A stretch of 55,122 nt of DNA from Candidatus Parcubacteria bacterium (GCA_018669975.1 JABHSK010000005.1:1-55122), one strand, 5' to 3'; positions 8,673 through 19,315 are shown, numbered from the stretch's first letter. Notes: generated by a model not told the origin, from the letters alone. Made by a program: numbers and translations.

Positions 8673-10091
8673 TATTTGGCTTTTAATTTTATTTTTAGCC
8701 ATAGAAGTGACGACTATGTTGAGCCAATCTGGGTTAGGATGCTTGCGGCTCTTGTTGGTCATTATTTCTATTACATCACCTGATTTTAATTGTGTGTTGA
8801 GTGATGTTATTTGGCTGTTAACTTTGGCACCAATACATTGGTTGCCAATGTCAGTGTGTATGTAGTAAGCAAAATCTAGTGGGGTAGCGCGTTCAGGTAA
8901 TTCTACTACATCACCATCAGGTGTAAAAACAAATATTTGGTTTAAGAATAAATCATTCTTGACGTGTTTTATGAACTCAGTATTGTCAGTAATGGTTTTT
9001 TGAATATCAATTAAATGCTGGAGCCATTTAGGCGGGTGCTTTCTTTTTCCTAGTATGCCAATTTCCTTATAACGACTGTGAGCGGCTACACCAAATTCTG
9101 CTTCCTCGTCCATCTGTCTGGTACGAATTTGTATTTCAGCTACTTTACCAAAATCAGTAAAAACAGAAGTGTGTAGTGATTGGTAACCATTGGGTTTTGG
9201 TTGGGCTATAAAGTCTTTTACGCGACCTTTTAAAGGAGCCCATCTTTTATGAATAATACCTAGCACACTATAGCAATCAGCTATGTCGTCTACGATTATT
9301 CTTAAGGCAATTAAATCATATAATTTATTTATGTCTTTTCCTTTGCGCAGTAATTTTTTATAAATACTATAAATACTCTTAATACGGCTCTTCATCTGTA
9401 AATACTCGACATTATTTTTGACCAGCATTTTTTGGGTAATTTTTCTTAGCTTTTCAATATATTTTTCTTCAGATTTAAGACGATCAGCTAAATCGTTCAT
9501 TACCCATTTGTATTCTTCAGGATAAACATACGGAAAGGCCAGGTCCTCCAATTTAGTTTTTATACGAAACATTCCTAGGCGATTGGCCAGTGGTGCGTAT
9601 ATCTCCAAAGTTTCTTGAGCAATTCGGAGTCTTTTTTCTGGACGGACACCCTCTAGAGTTTCCATGTTATGTAAACGGTCGGCTAGTTTAATAATAATGA
9701 TACGTAAATCTTTTGACATATATAAAAACATCTTACGTAGATTTTCAGCGTATCTTTCTAAGCCTCTGTATTTTAGAGTACCCAATTTAGTAACGCCCTT
9801 TACCAGATAATGAATGTCATTACCAAAATTATTTTTAACATCCTCAAAAGTAAAATCAGTATCTTCTGGTACATCGTGGAGCAATCCAGCAGCGATGGAA
9901 GGAATGTCCATGTGCATTTTAGCTAGATTATAGGCAGTAGCGATGGAATGATAGATGTAGTCTTCGCTGGTGTTTCTTTTTTGTCCACGGTGTGCTTCTG
10001 AGGCAAAATGAAAAGCCTTAATGACCACATTGATGTCTTCATCAGGGTAATCTAGAGATAATATTCTTTTCAAATCTTCAAAAGTTTTCAT
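8664..10091 (-). CDS. rel: RelA/SpoT-family bifunctional (p)ppGpp synthetase/hydrolase, short form (HD + synthetase + TGS, no long C-terminal regulatory region)
   Basis: The HD motif is HDVPEDT after HRGQKR. Synthetase motifs are YQSLHT and RTRQMDEEAEFG. The TGS segment reads IFVFTPDGDVVELPERATPLDFAY. The ATG at 10091 is preferred over the TTG at 10142 because TTGCAA-17-TACTAT lies upstream of it. Confidence 0.85.
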   Translation of the reverse strand: MKTFEDLKRILSLDYPDEDINVVIKAFHFASEAHRGQKRNTSEDYIYHSIATAYNLAKMHMDIPSIAAGLLHDVPEDTDFTFEDVKNNFGNDIHYLVKGVTKLGTLKYRGLERYAENLRKMFLYMSKDLRIIIIKLADRLHNMETLEGVRPEKRLRIAQETLEIYAPLANRLGMFRIKTKLEDLAFPYVYPEEYKWVMNDLADRLKSEEKYIEKLRKITQKMLVKNNVEYLQMKSRIKSIYSIYKKLLRKGKDINKLYDLIALRIIVDDIADCYSVLGIIHKRWAPLKGRVKDFIAQPKPNGYQSLHTSVFTDFGKVAEIQIRTRQMDEEAEFGVAAHSRYKEIGILGKRKHPPKWLQHLIDIQKTITDNTEFIKHVKNDLFLNQIFVFTPDGDVVELPERATPLDFAYYIHTDIGNQCIGAKVNSQITSLNTQLKSGDVIEIMTNKSRKHPNPDWLNIVVTSMAKNKIKSQIKK

Positions 10092-10149
10092 ATGTCTGTA
10101 TAGTGCATTATTAATAGTAGTATTTACTGTATTAAATTGCAAGGGTATT

Positions 10150-10178
10150 AAAAAACCTCGCCAAAGGCGAGGTTTTTA
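10150..10178 (-). terminator. rho-independent terminator after topA
   Basis: ACCTCGCC, AAA, GGCGAGGT. On the minus strand this hairpin is followed by a U-run. Confidence 0.75.
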
Positions 10179-10181
10179 TAT

Positions 10182-12407
10182 TTAATCTTCAGTTAGGTCA
10201 GCGGGATCTACCTTTTTGCTAAAATCGCAGGATTCACATTTGACGGTTGTTTTATTTGCCTGGACCAATAGTTGTTTACAGTCAGGGCAGTATTCACCAG
10301 TGGGTTTAGACCAAGTCAAATGTTCGCAGTCGGGATATTTATTACAACCATAGAACATTCGGCCTCGTTTGCTGCGCTTAACTACCATTTCTCCTTCGCT
10401 ACATTTCGGACATTTTACACCAGTGCCTTTATCTATATTTTTGGTAGTTTTACATTTCGGATAATCACCGCAAGCTAGAAATTTTCCAAAGCGACCAGTT
10501 TTGACGATCATTGGTTTTTCACAATTCGGGCACTTCTCATCAGTGGTCTCTGGCTCTTCTGGCTCACCATCACTGTTGATGGGTTTGGTGTTTTTACAAT
10601 CTGGGTAGTTTGTACAAGCTAGAAATTTTCCAAAGCGACCAAGTTTGATAATCATTGGATTGCTACATTTTTCACAAACCTCGTCAGTTTTTTCTTCAGT
10701 TAGCTTTTTCTTATCTAATTCTTTTTCTTTCTTTTCCAAATTTTTTGCAAATGGTTTGTAGAATTCAGAGATAACTGGACGCCATTCTTTTTTACCATGA
10801 GCAATAGAATCTAGATCATCTTCCATTTGGGCAGTAAAATTGTAACTAACAATGTCATGGAAATGCTCTACTAATAATTTATTAACTATTTCACCCATTT
10901 CAGTTGGAGCTAATCTTTTTTCTTCTTTGGTGACGTATTGTCTGTCTACGACAGTGGCGATAGTTGGTGCGTAGGTAGACGGTCTGCCGATGCCTAGAGA
11001 CTCCATAGCTTTGACCAAACCGGCTTCAGAATATCTTGCTGGTGGTTTAGTAAAGTGTTGTAATGATTCTAATTTTTTCAAATTTAATTCATCACCCTCT
11101 TTAAGTTCTGGTAATTCATTTTCCTGAGCGTTGGTTTTATATACTTTGTGCCAACCATCAAATTTAATCACGCTACCAACAGCCTTTAATAGCCAGTTAG
11201 TATCTTTAGCTTCAATACCCACAGAAGTAGTTTCGGTAATATATTCGGACATCTGTGAAGCTACGGCTCTTTGCCAGATTAAGCTGTATAGTTTGAATTG
11301 TTTACTATCCAAAAACTCTTTAACAGATTCAGGATCATTAGTGACGTCAGTTGGACGGATGGCCTCATGGGCTTCTTGAGATAATTTTGATTTTTTCTTA
11401 AAAACACGACCACCCTCATTAATATATTCTTTACCGAATTTATCAGTCACATAAGTTATTGTATTATCAACAAAATCTTGTGATAGGTTAAGGGAGTCAG
11501 TTCTCATATAAGTAATCAAACCATGATTACCCTTGTCACCCAATTTGATACCCTCATATAATTGTTGAGCAAGCATCATAATTTGTTTAGCGCTATAACC
11601 AAAGCGACGGTGAGCGTCTTGCTGTAGAGTAGAGGTCATAAAAGGAGGTAGGGGAGTTTTTTTGTTTTCCCTAGCTTTGATATTGGATACCAATAAAGTA
11701 GCTGGCTCAATATCTTTGACGGCTTGCTTGGCTTTTGACTCATCAATATCAAACTTGCCTAGAGGCTTGTTATTTTCTTTGTGTAAGGATAATTCAAATG
11801 CTTCAGCATCACCTTTTTGAGCCTCACCCTCAACTGTCCAGTATTCTTCAGGTTTAAATGCTCTGATTTCTTCTTCTCTTTCTACAATCAAACGCACAGC
11901 TACAGATTGTACGCGACCAGCAGAAAGACCTCTAGCAATTTTTTTCCAAAGTAGAGGGGATAATTTATAACCAACTAAGCGATCCAAAACACGACGCGCT
12001 TGTTGGGCGTCTACTAGGTTATTATCTAGTTTGCGTGGATTATCCAAGGCATTGGTAATTGCTTGTTTGGTAATTTCATGAAAAGCAATACGCCTTTCTT
12101 TTTTAGCTGGTAAATCCAACAAATTGTATAGGTGCCAGCTAATAGCTTCTCCTTCACGGTCTTCATCAGTTGCGAAGTAAACCACCTCAGCATCTTTAGC
12201 TAACTTTTTTAATTTAGTGACTGTTTTTTTGGCTCTAGCTGGAACTTCATAGGTAGGCTCAAAATTATCATCCACATCAACACCGAGTTTGCTTTTTGGC
12301 AAATCTCTAACGTGTCCAAATGATGATTCCACTTTGTACTCTTTACCCAAAAAGCCTTTAATGGTTTTAGCCTTAGTTGGGGACTCAACGATTACTAGTT
12401 TTGACAT
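10182..12407 (-). CDS. topA: DNA topoisomerase I with four C-terminal C4 zinc ribbons
   Basis: The TOPRIM start is LVIVESPTKAKTI. DEDREGEAI and the active-site region YMRTDS are present. The tail has repeated CxxC...GRFGKFLAC..YPxC modules. Confidence 0.95.
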   Translation of the reverse strand: MSKLVIVESPTKAKTIKGFLGKEYKVESSFGHVRDLPKSKLGVDVDDNFEPTYEVPARAKKTVTKLKKLAKDAEVVYFATDEDREGEAISWHLYNLLDLPAKKERRIAFHEITKQAITNALDNPRKLDNNLVDAQQARRVLDRLVGYKLSPLLWKKIARGLSAGRVQSVAVRLIVEREEEIRAFKPEEYWTVEGEAQKGDAEAFELSLHKENNKPLGKFDIDESKAKQAVKDIEPATLLVSNIKARENKKTPLPPFMTSTLQQDAHRRFGYSAKQIMMLAQQLYEGIKLGDKGNHGLITYMRTDSLNLSQDFVDNTITYVTDKFGKEYINEGGRVFKKKSKLSQEAHEAIRPTDVTNDPESVKEFLDSKQFKLYSLIWQRAVASQMSEYITETTSVGIEAKDTNWLLKAVGSVIKFDGWHKVYKTNAQENELPELKEGDELNLKKLESLQHFTKPPARYSEAGLVKAMESLGIGRPSTYAPTIATVVDRQYVTKEEKRLAPTEMGEIVNKLLVEHFHDIVSYNFTAQMEDDLDSIAHGKKEWRPVISEFYKPFAKNLEKKEKELDKKKLTEEKTDEVCEKCSNPMIIKLGRFGKFLACTNYPDCKNTKPINSDGEPEEPETTDEKCPNCEKPMIVKTGRFGKFLACGDYPKCKTTKNIDKGTGVKCPKCSEGEMVVKRSKRGRMFYGCNKYPDCEHLTWSKPTGEYCPDCKQLLVQANKTTVKCESCDFSKKVDPADLTED

Positions 12408-12451
12408 ATATAGTAAAAATTAATTACACAATAGTTCGGACTATAGGATAA

Positions 12452-13762
12452 TTATAATTTATTGTCAAGTCTAAGCTTCTTGACGATATCTTTTTCTGTT
12501 ATCCATTTAGTACGCAATTCACCACACAGGAAGAATGAGCCGGTGATTAACACTAGGTCTTTTTTGCCAGCTTTTTTCATAGCCTGGTCTAATGCCTGCC
12601 AAGGATCATTAAGCACTTTAATAGGGGTTTTTGGCGATATTTTAATACTTGTTTTGTACAATTTTCTTAAGTCGGCTGTTTTACGGAAAGTAATCAAAAA
12701 TCTAGTTAGATATACATTGCTAGCCAAGGGTAATAATTTTTTCAAAGCTGGTCGATAATTTTTTTCATTGGTAAACCCCAACACCAAATGTAATTTATTA
12801 TATTTTTGATTTTTTAAGAAATCAACTACATTGCCTAGCTTGTCTGGATTATGCGAACCATCTAGTATTACCAAGGGGTTTTTTTGTATAATTTCTTGTC
12901 TACAGATTAAACTAAAATTGTCTAATAGTTGCTGAGTATTTTTTGGGGTAACCTTAATGGCATTTAAAATGTTGAGTGCCAAGTTTAGATTGCCAGTTTG
13001 TTTTTTAGTTTGGAAATAATTATCAGTTTGGTATTGTTTAGTTAAATTTTCAGTCTTCATTAACCAGGCTCGTTTTTTTCTGCAAACTGTTTTAAAAATC
13101 TTTAGTAATTTTTTATTTTTTTCACCAGTTAAAAATATACTATTGCGTTTGATGATACCGGCTTTATCTCTGGCAATTTTTTCTTTAGTGTCGCCTAGAA
13201 TCTCAGTGTGGTCCAAGCCAATATTCGTGATAGTGGTGACTTTTGGTTTAGTTATCACATTAGTAGCATCATGTGTGCCACCCAAACCAGCTTCTAGTAT
13301 TACCCAGTCGCATTTATTTTTTACAAACCACAGCAAGCCAATGGCTAGAAAAGTTTCAAAGTATGAAATTGATTCAGTGGGAAATTCAGTGACATATTTA
13401 TCTAAAGCGGGCTTGATTTGTTTTTCTAAAATTTGATTTAATTCGCCTGGAGATATCAATTTATTATTGATACTCAATTTTTCTATGCTGGTGGTGGCAA
13501 AAGGGGAGGTGTAGCTACCAGTCTTTAATCCAGAGTCAGCCATTAGGCTTTCTAATAATTTAACAGTAGTTCCTTTACCACTGGTGCCAGCTATATGAAT
13601 TATTTTTAATTTGTCCTGAGGATTACCCAGTAGTTGGAGAAAGTTTTTTAAGCGAATCAAATAAACACTGCGGTCATCAAGGCCTAACATGTACTGTTGT
13701 TTTGGAATATTACTTAGCGATTCCAAAAATTTAATGTCTTGTTGGTATGTTTTATTAAGCAT
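12452..13762 (-). CDS. folC: folylpolyglutamate synthase/dihydrofolate synthase-type Mur ligase
   Basis: The P-loop is HIAGTSGKGTT. Mur-ligase middle-domain motifs are EAGLGGTHDATNV and ITNIGLDHTEILG. Confidence 0.8.
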   Translation of the reverse strand: MLNKTYQQDIKFLESLSNIPKQQYMLGLDDRSVYLIRLKNFLQLLGNPQDKLKIIHIAGTSGKGTTVKLLESLMADSGLKTGSYTSPFATTSIEKLSINNKLISPGELNQILEKQIKPALDKYVTEFPTESISYFETFLAIGLLWFVKNKCDWVILEAGLGGTHDATNVITKPKVTTITNIGLDHTEILGDTKEKIARDKAGIIKRNSIFLTGEKNKKLLKIFKTVCRKKRAWLMKTENLTKQYQTDNYFQTKKQTGNLNLALNILNAIKVTPKNTQQLLDNFSLICRQEIIQKNPLVILDGSHNPDKLGNVVDFLKNQKYNKLHLVLGFTNEKNYRPALKKLLPLASNVYLTRFLITFRKTADLRKLYKTSIKISPKTPIKVLNDPWQALDQAMKKAGKKDLVLITGSFFLCGELRTKWITEKDIVKKLRLDNKL

Positions 13763-14411
13763 CTTCTTTTCCTTTTAACCACCTGATTCCTAGGTAAGCA
13801 AATGGTGTATCGATTATTGCCAAAATAACTTTGAGAGTGTAGTAGGGCAGGATCAATTGCCACATAAAGGCAAAATCAAACTTTGGCGTCATTTGATAGA
13901 AAGCTATAAATATAAAAATAGTAGTGTCGATAAATTGACTAACTATAGTTGATAGATTATTACGTAGCCAGAGATATTTACCTTTGGTTTTTTTCTTCCA
14001 AAATTCAAAAGCCCAAATATCGTGAAATTGTGAAATGATAAAGGCAATCACAGAGGCTATAAACATACGAGAGCTATTTTTGAAGATTGTCACAAAGGCT
14101 GGATTATTTTCTGCAAATCTTTCGGCTGGTGCGATTAGTATGCTTAGTTGTATAAATAGGAAACTGAAGATTAAAGCAATGGCTGTAGACCAAATTAAGT
14201 TGCTGACAAATTTTCTACCCTTAACCTCAGCCAATACATCAGTAATTAAAAATGTAATTGGTATTAGCCAGATGCCCATCGATACGTTTAGAGAAAATAC
14301 ATTTATTATTTTAATACCTACTATATTAGCTAGTATTATGGAGGTTACAAAAATTATCTGCATTAAAATAATTTTTCTCCCCACAGATATATTATTAGTA
14401 TTTAAATTCAT
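13755..14411 (-). CDS. yhhQ: queuosine-precursor transporter (YhhQ/VUT, DUF165 family)
   Basis: The protein is a 6-TM protein of 218 aa. Motifs typical of YhhQ are PITFLITDVLAEV.G and SQFIDTTIF. It overlaps both neighbours, as expected for an operon. Confidence 0.75.
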   Translation of the reverse strand: MNLNTNNISVGRKIILMQIIFVTSIILANIVGIKIINVFSLNVSMGIWLIPITFLITDVLAEVKGRKFVSNLIWSTAIALIFSFLFIQLSILIAPAERFAENNPAFVTIFKNSSRMFIASVIAFIISQFHDIWAFEFWKKKTKGKYLWLRNNLSTIVSQFIDTTIFIFIAFYQMTPKFDFAFMWQLILPYYTLKVILAIIDTPFAYLGIRWLKGKEDA

Positions 14412-15457
14412 ATTATTTCCACTTGGTTAAATTGATTAGTTTTAACAAGGCCTCGAATTTCTAATTCTGAGATTATGATACTTACAGAATTCAAAGGCAC
14501 TTGTAATTGTTGACGCAATTGTTCCAAGTTCATAGGTTCTGTTTGTAATAGAGTGTAAATTTTAGCATGATTTTTATTTTTAAAAACAACTTTATTTTTT
14601 GAAGAAGACTTTTTTAGAGAATAAGTTTTTAAGATGTCCCCAGCATCTGCTAGTATGTTAGCGCCATTGGCTATCAGTGAGTTTGGTCCCTGACTTAGTC
14701 GGAGATTTATATTACCAGGCAAAGCATATATGTCTCGACCCTCATCTAGAGCCACCTGAGCGGTAATTAGTGTGCCTGATTTAAGGGCACCAGATATAAC
14801 TACAGTAGCTTTAGATAGGCCAGCCAAGATACGATTACGTTTAGGAAAATAGTGTAGTTGAGGGCGACTATATTCAGGGTACTCGGATAATAGTAAGCCA
14901 CCTTCATTGATGATCTCTTGAGCTAGCTTAATATTGCTTTGGGGATAGAGTACATTTTTGTGCAACCCAGAGCCTAGTACAGCTATAGTGGGTAATTTAT
15001 TATCTAGGGCAGCTTGATGGCCAACTGAATCCATGCCTATGGCCAAGCCACTGACTATGTTTAGATCAGTATTGGCCAGATCACCAACTATTTTAATAGC
15101 GTTGGTTTGATGGTAAGTGGTTAGGGTACGCGAACCGACCATGGTTAAAAGATTTTTGTTTTGTAGTAACTTTATATTACCACGATAGAACAAAAATAGT
15201 GGTGGGTCATAGATGGTCTTCAGTAGAGCGGGATATTCATCATCTAATATGCTGATATAGTTTTCCTGTATTTTTTTAAATTCAGACTTAGAATTTTGCA
15301 GAAAACGCTTATCTTTTTCTTTCTCGCTAATAATTTGTGATACCCTACCTTGTTTATCAGAGTCAGCCTGGATAAAATTCCAGATAGAGGCATCGCTGAT
15401 GCCTTTTATTCTCGTCAAAAAGAACAAATAAAAATTTTTGTCGAAATCGCTTTTCAT
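14408..15457 (-). CDS. dprA: DNA processing protein DprA/Smf
   Basis: Rossmann-like DprA motifs are GSRTLTTYH, IVSGLAIGMDSVGHQAAL and TIAVLGSGL. A C-terminal winged-helix tail is present. Confidence 0.88.
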   Translation of the reverse strand: MKSDFDKNFYLFFLTRIKGISDASIWNFIQADSDKQGRVSQIISEKEKDKRFLQNSKSEFKKIQENYISILDDEYPALLKTIYDPPLFLFYRGNIKLLQNKNLLTMVGSRTLTTYHQTNAIKIVGDLANTDLNIVSGLAIGMDSVGHQAALDNKLPTIAVLGSGLHKNVLYPQSNIKLAQEIINEGGLLLSEYPEYSRPQLHYFPKRNRILAGLSKATVVISGALKSGTLITAQVALDEGRDIYALPGNINLRLSQGPNSLIANGANILADAGDILKTYSLKKSSSKNKVVFKNKNHAKIYTLLQTEPMNLEQLRQQLQVPLNSVSIIISELEIRGLVKTNQFNQVEII

Positions 15458-15582
15458 ATTTATTTGTGAATATTTAACTAGTTGTTATCATAATATATAC
15501 GAAAAAATTTGTAAAATTGACCTTCTTTACTTTATTAAAATTAATTGTTATTATGTAGACACAAAATTAACGTATTAAATTT

Positions 15583-16122
15583 ATGCCTACCACAAGAAAA
15601 ACTACCGCTGCCAAGAAACCAGCAGCTAAACCACGTGTTAAAAAGAGAGACGAAGAAGATTTGTTAGAATTTGAACAGTTTGTTTCTCAAAACCCAAAAT
15701 CTGGTATTAACAATAAAGGTTTGATTTTTTCTACCTTGTTAGTAGTAGTGATTATTTTAGCAGCCATATCTATTTTTTCTTTACGCACCACTAAAACTGT
15801 CGTAAAAGGGGAACCTACATTCAAAGCTGTGTCTCTAGATAATGGTTTGATATATTATGCCAAGGTAATGAAAGAGGATAGTATGAATGTCTATTTGGAT
15901 GACGTGTACTATATACAGACCCAACAACAGACAATACCCGCTGAGGAAGAGGGTGGCGAACCACAAGTAATTAATGTGCCAGTTTTAATAAAACGTGGAC
16001 AAGAATTACATAAACCAGAAGGCCCATTACAGATTAATAGAGATAGGGTCATGGCCATTGAAGATATAGGCGCCGACTCAGAGATAATTACGGAGATAAA
16101 TAGGATAAATAGTTTACGATAA
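15583..16122 (+). CDS. hypothetical membrane-anchored protein
   Basis: It has a basic Lys/Ala-rich N-tail, a single TM segment (LIFSTLLVVVIILAAISIF) and an extracytoplasmic domain. A strong terminator follows. Confidence 0.6.
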   Translation: MPTTRKTTAAKKPAAKPRVKKRDEEDLLEFEQFVSQNPKSGINNKGLIFSTLLVVVIILAAISIFSLRTTKTVVKGEPTFKAVSLDNGLIYYAKVMKEDSMNVYLDDVYYIQTQQQTIPAEEEGGEPQVINVPVLIKRGQELHKPEGPLQINRDRVMAIEDIGADSEIITEINRINSLR

Positions 16123-16139
16123 CACTATAAAAAATTATG

Positions 16140-16167
16140 CCCCGTGCCATTTGGCGCGGGGTTTTTT
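16140..16167 (+). terminator. rho-independent terminator
   Basis: CCCCGTGCC, ATTT, GGCGCGGGG (one G-U pair), followed by TTTTTT. Confidence 0.85.
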
Positions 16168-16241
16168 GATTAATAGCCTTCTTCTAGCATTTTAGATTAT
16201 ATGTTATAGTATAGGCAATAATAGTTTTTAACTCTAAGATT

Positions 16242-16616
16242 ATGAACAATGAAAAAAAAGTCATAATTGTGGAAGACGAGGTAGCCTTATCAAAGGCGCT
16301 ACAAGCCTCTTTAGTAGAAAACAACATAGGTTTTCTAGCTGCCTATGATGGTAAAGAGGCCTTGGATATGATCAACTCTCAAAAACCAGATTTGATTTTA
16401 CTTGATCTTATGTTGCCAAAGTTAGATGGTTTTGCTTTGTTAAAAATTTTAAAAGATCAAGCAGAGACAAAAGATATTCCAGTTATTGTTTTGAGTAATC
16501 TTGGTCAAGAAGACAGTATAGCCAAAGCAGTGGAGCTGGGCATTGTTGATTACACAGTTAAAGCCACTGTTGATCTGGAGGATGTCATAGATAAGATAAA
16601 AAAATATTTAGTATAA
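16242..16616 (+). CDS. single-domain response regulator (CheY-like receiver), copy 1
   Basis: The acidic pocket is VEDE and the phospho-acceptor context is LILLDLMLPKLDG. SNLG and the conserved Lys in VKA are present. There is no output domain. Confidence 0.9.
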   Translation: MNNEKKVIIVEDEVALSKALQASLVENNIGFLAAYDGKEALDMINSQKPDLILLDLMLPKLDGFALLKILKDQAETKDIPVIVLSNLGQEDSIAKAVELGIVDYTVKATVDLEDVIDKIKKYLV

Positions 16617-16642
16617 AAGAATTAATATTTAGCTCTAAAATT

Positions 16643-17017
16643 ATGAACAAAGAGAAAAAAGTCATAATCGTAGAAGATGAGGTGTCCCTATCAAAAGCAT
16701 TGCAAGCTGCTTTAACAGAAGAGGATATTAAATTTATTACAGCCTATGATGGTAAAGCAGCCTTGGATATGATCAACTCTCAAAAACCAGATGTCATTTT
16801 ACTTGATATAATGTTACCCAAGATGGATGGTTTTTCCTTGTTGGAAATTTTAAAAGGTCAGCCAGAGACAAAGGATATTCCAGTTATCATTCTAAGTAAT
16901 CTGGGTCAAGAAGAGGACATAGAAAAGGGAAAACAATTAGGCGCAGTAGATTATGTTGTTAAAGCGCGAATTGATTTAGAAAATTTTGTAGCCAAAGTAA
17001 AAAAATATTTGTCTTAA
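16643..17017 (+). CDS. single-domain response regulator (CheY-like receiver), copy 2
   Basis: It is a paralog of the preceding gene. I count 90 identical residues out of 124 by hand. The short upstream leader is also similar. Confidence 0.9.
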   Translation: MNKEKKVIIVEDEVSLSKALQAALTEEDIKFITAYDGKAALDMINSQKPDVILLDIMLPKMDGFSLLEILKGQPETKDIPVIILSNLGQEEDIEKGKQLGAVDYVVKARIDLENFVAKVKKYLS

Positions 17018-17020
17018 AAC

Positions 17021-19315
17021 ATGGCAGCATCTCAGAATAAAAATAAAGAATATAAAAATCTTTTTAACCATTTTCCGAGCCACTTAATTGTATTGGATTC
17101 CAATGGCTCGGTTTTAGTTAGCTCTGAAACGTTTAGAAAATTAACAAAATATACAAACAAAGATCTAGAGGCCAAAAAGATTACCTCACTAAAACTTTTC
17201 AAAACAAAGAGTGGGTCTAATGTTATAAAAAAAATTAAGCGGATCTTAGCTGGTAAGTTACCAAAGTTTGGTGAACTGGGGGCTATTGAAATAGTCACCA
17301 AGAGCAAAAAGAAACTTACTGTTGCAGTAAACTATAATTTAGTTAAGAGCCAGGATAAGAAAGAATTAATTGTTACTTTTGATGACGTAACAGGTTGTAC
17401 TAATTTAAAAGAGGATGTTAAAACTTCAGAGGCCTTATTAAAAGATATTGGTGCATTATTTGAAAAGAACATTACCGGAATTATCATTATTCAGAACGGT
17501 AAGATTGTCTACGGTACAGATTATGTGAGAAATTTTTTAGGTAAAGATTATTTAGGTAAGCCGTTTGTAAAATTTATAGCTCCAGAATATCGGGTAAAAG
17601 TAATGAAATTATACGCAGCTCGTTTACTAGGCAGAAAGATTCCGCCTACCTATGATATTAAGATGCTTTTTAAGGGGCCAATGAAAGACAAGATTTTGGA
17701 TGTTGAGATTGCCTCTACGTTGATAAATTACAAAGGCAAGAAAGCGATCATGGCTTTTGCTCATGATATTACCGCAAAAAAGAGAGTTGAAAAAGAAATC
17801 AAAGAAAGTGAAAAAAAATACAAGATTTTAGCAGATAATATAGACACGGGTCTTATTCTTCATGGAGCTGATACAAAATTATTATTTTCTAACTTGGCGG
17901 CGAGTAAAATTCTGGGTTTAAGTGTTGATCAGATGCAGGGTAAAATTGCAATTGATTCTTCATGGAAATTTGTCAGAGAAGATGGTACAGATATGCCACT
18001 TACAGAATATCCAGTAAATAAAGTAGTTTCTTCAAAAAAAGCATTTAAAAATTATATTGTAGGAATTCGTAGGAAAGATAGAAAATATATTACATGGGTT
18101 AATGTTGATGCCACTCCTGTTTTAGTTGATAAAGCGTTAGATTATGTATCTATAACTTTTGTAGATATTACCACAAAAAAAGAATTAGAGAAGGAAAGAG
18201 TTGAGTATTTGGTAAATATCAGTAAACAAAAAAATGAGCTAAATACCATACTTGATAATATTGCAGAAGGTGTATTTGCTATAGACAAGGATAATAACAT
18301 TACCTTATTTAATGAATTTGCAGCACAAATATTTAGACATTCGCCCAAGACAGTGATAGGCAAGAAGTATGGTAGATTTTTAAAATTTGTTTATCAAGAT
18401 GAGTTAGTAGAGAACAATCTTATTGAAGAAGCTATTGGTAAACTTAAGAAATCAGATCAAGCTACCTTACGAATGGATGCTTTTAATATTACATTGGTAA
18501 ATAAGATGGGCCATAAGATACCCGTTGTGTTTGATATAGCCGAGTTAAAAGATGAACAAGGGGAGTTATTTGGATACATTGTTACTTTCCGTGATATTAC
18601 AAAGTTTACTACCATTGATAAACTAAAATCCGAATTTGTCTCTATAGCGTCACATCAATTAAGAACACCCTTGAGTGGTATTAGGTGGTTTGCGGAACTT
18701 TTGTTAAAACAAAAAACCAGCAAATTAGACAAAACACAAGTTAGTTATGCTCAGCAGATTTATGATAGTAATAAAAGAATTATAAGTTTAGTTGATGACC
18801 TATTAGATGTGTCTCATATTGATAGTGACGAAAAGTTTGGAATAAAAAAAGCTAAAACTGATCTTTACGTTGTTGTTAAATCTGTTTTAGATGACATAGA
18901 TCATTTGATAAAAGAAAAGGGTGTTAAAGTAGTTTTTAAGGGTTGTACACCAAAGAAGGATGTTTTATTTATCGACAAGGCAAAAATGATACAAGTGTTG
19001 TATAATTTATTATCAAATGCCGTAAAATATTCTAAAAGGGGTGGTATAGTGGAAATAAGCTGTAGTAAAGAGCAGAGGGATTCATATATGTTTTGTATTA
19101 AAGATGACGGCATCGGTATTCCCAAGTATCAGCACAAACAAGTATTTACCAAATTTTTTAGAGCCGACAATGTAGGTTTGAAAGACAGGGAGGGAACTGG
19201 TCTAGGTTTATATATTGCTAGGGCAATTATTGAGGCTCATGGTGGTAATATTTCCTTCGACTCAAAAGAAGGTAAGGGGTCAACATTTTGTTTTACATTA
19301 CCCAAAGGAAAATAA
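17021..19315 (+). CDS. cytoplasmic multi-PAS sensor histidine kinase
   Basis: The H-box is SIASHQLRTPLSGI, the N-box is LLSNAVKYS, and the G-boxes are DDGIGIP and GTGLGLYIA. The upstream 530 aa look PAS-like. No TM segment is present. Confidence 0.9.
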   Translation: MAASQNKNKEYKNLFNHFPSHLIVLDSNGSVLVSSETFRKLTKYTNKDLEAKKITSLKLFKTKSGSNVIKKIKRILAGKLPKFGELGAIEIVTKSKKKLTVAVNYNLVKSQDKKELIVTFDDVTGCTNLKEDVKTSEALLKDIGALFEKNITGIIIIQNGKIVYGTDYVRNFLGKDYLGKPFVKFIAPEYRVKVMKLYAARLLGRKIPPTYDIKMLFKGPMKDKILDVEIASTLINYKGKKAIMAFAHDITAKKRVEKEIKESEKKYKILADNIDTGLILHGADTKLLFSNLAASKILGLSVDQMQGKIAIDSSWKFVREDGTDMPLTEYPVNKVVSSKKAFKNYIVGIRRKDRKYITWVNVDATPVLVDKALDYVSITFVDITTKKELEKERVEYLVNISKQKNELNTILDNIAEGVFAIDKDNNITLFNEFAAQIFRHSPKTVIGKKYGRFLKFVYQDELVENNLIEEAIGKLKKSDQATLRMDAFNITLVNKMGHKIPVVFDIAELKDEQGELFGYIVTFRDITKFTTIDKLKSEFVSIASHQLRTPLSGIRWFAELLLKQKTSKLDKTQVSYAQQIYDSNKRIISLVDDLLDVSHIDSDEKFGIKKAKTDLYVVVKSVLDDIDHLIKEKGVKVVFKGCTPKKDVLFIDKAKMIQVLYNLLSNAVKYSKRGGIVEISCSKEQRDSYMFCIKDDGIGIPKYQHKQVFTKFFRADNVGLKDREGTGLGLYIARAIIEAHGGNISFDSKEGKGSTFCFTLPKGK

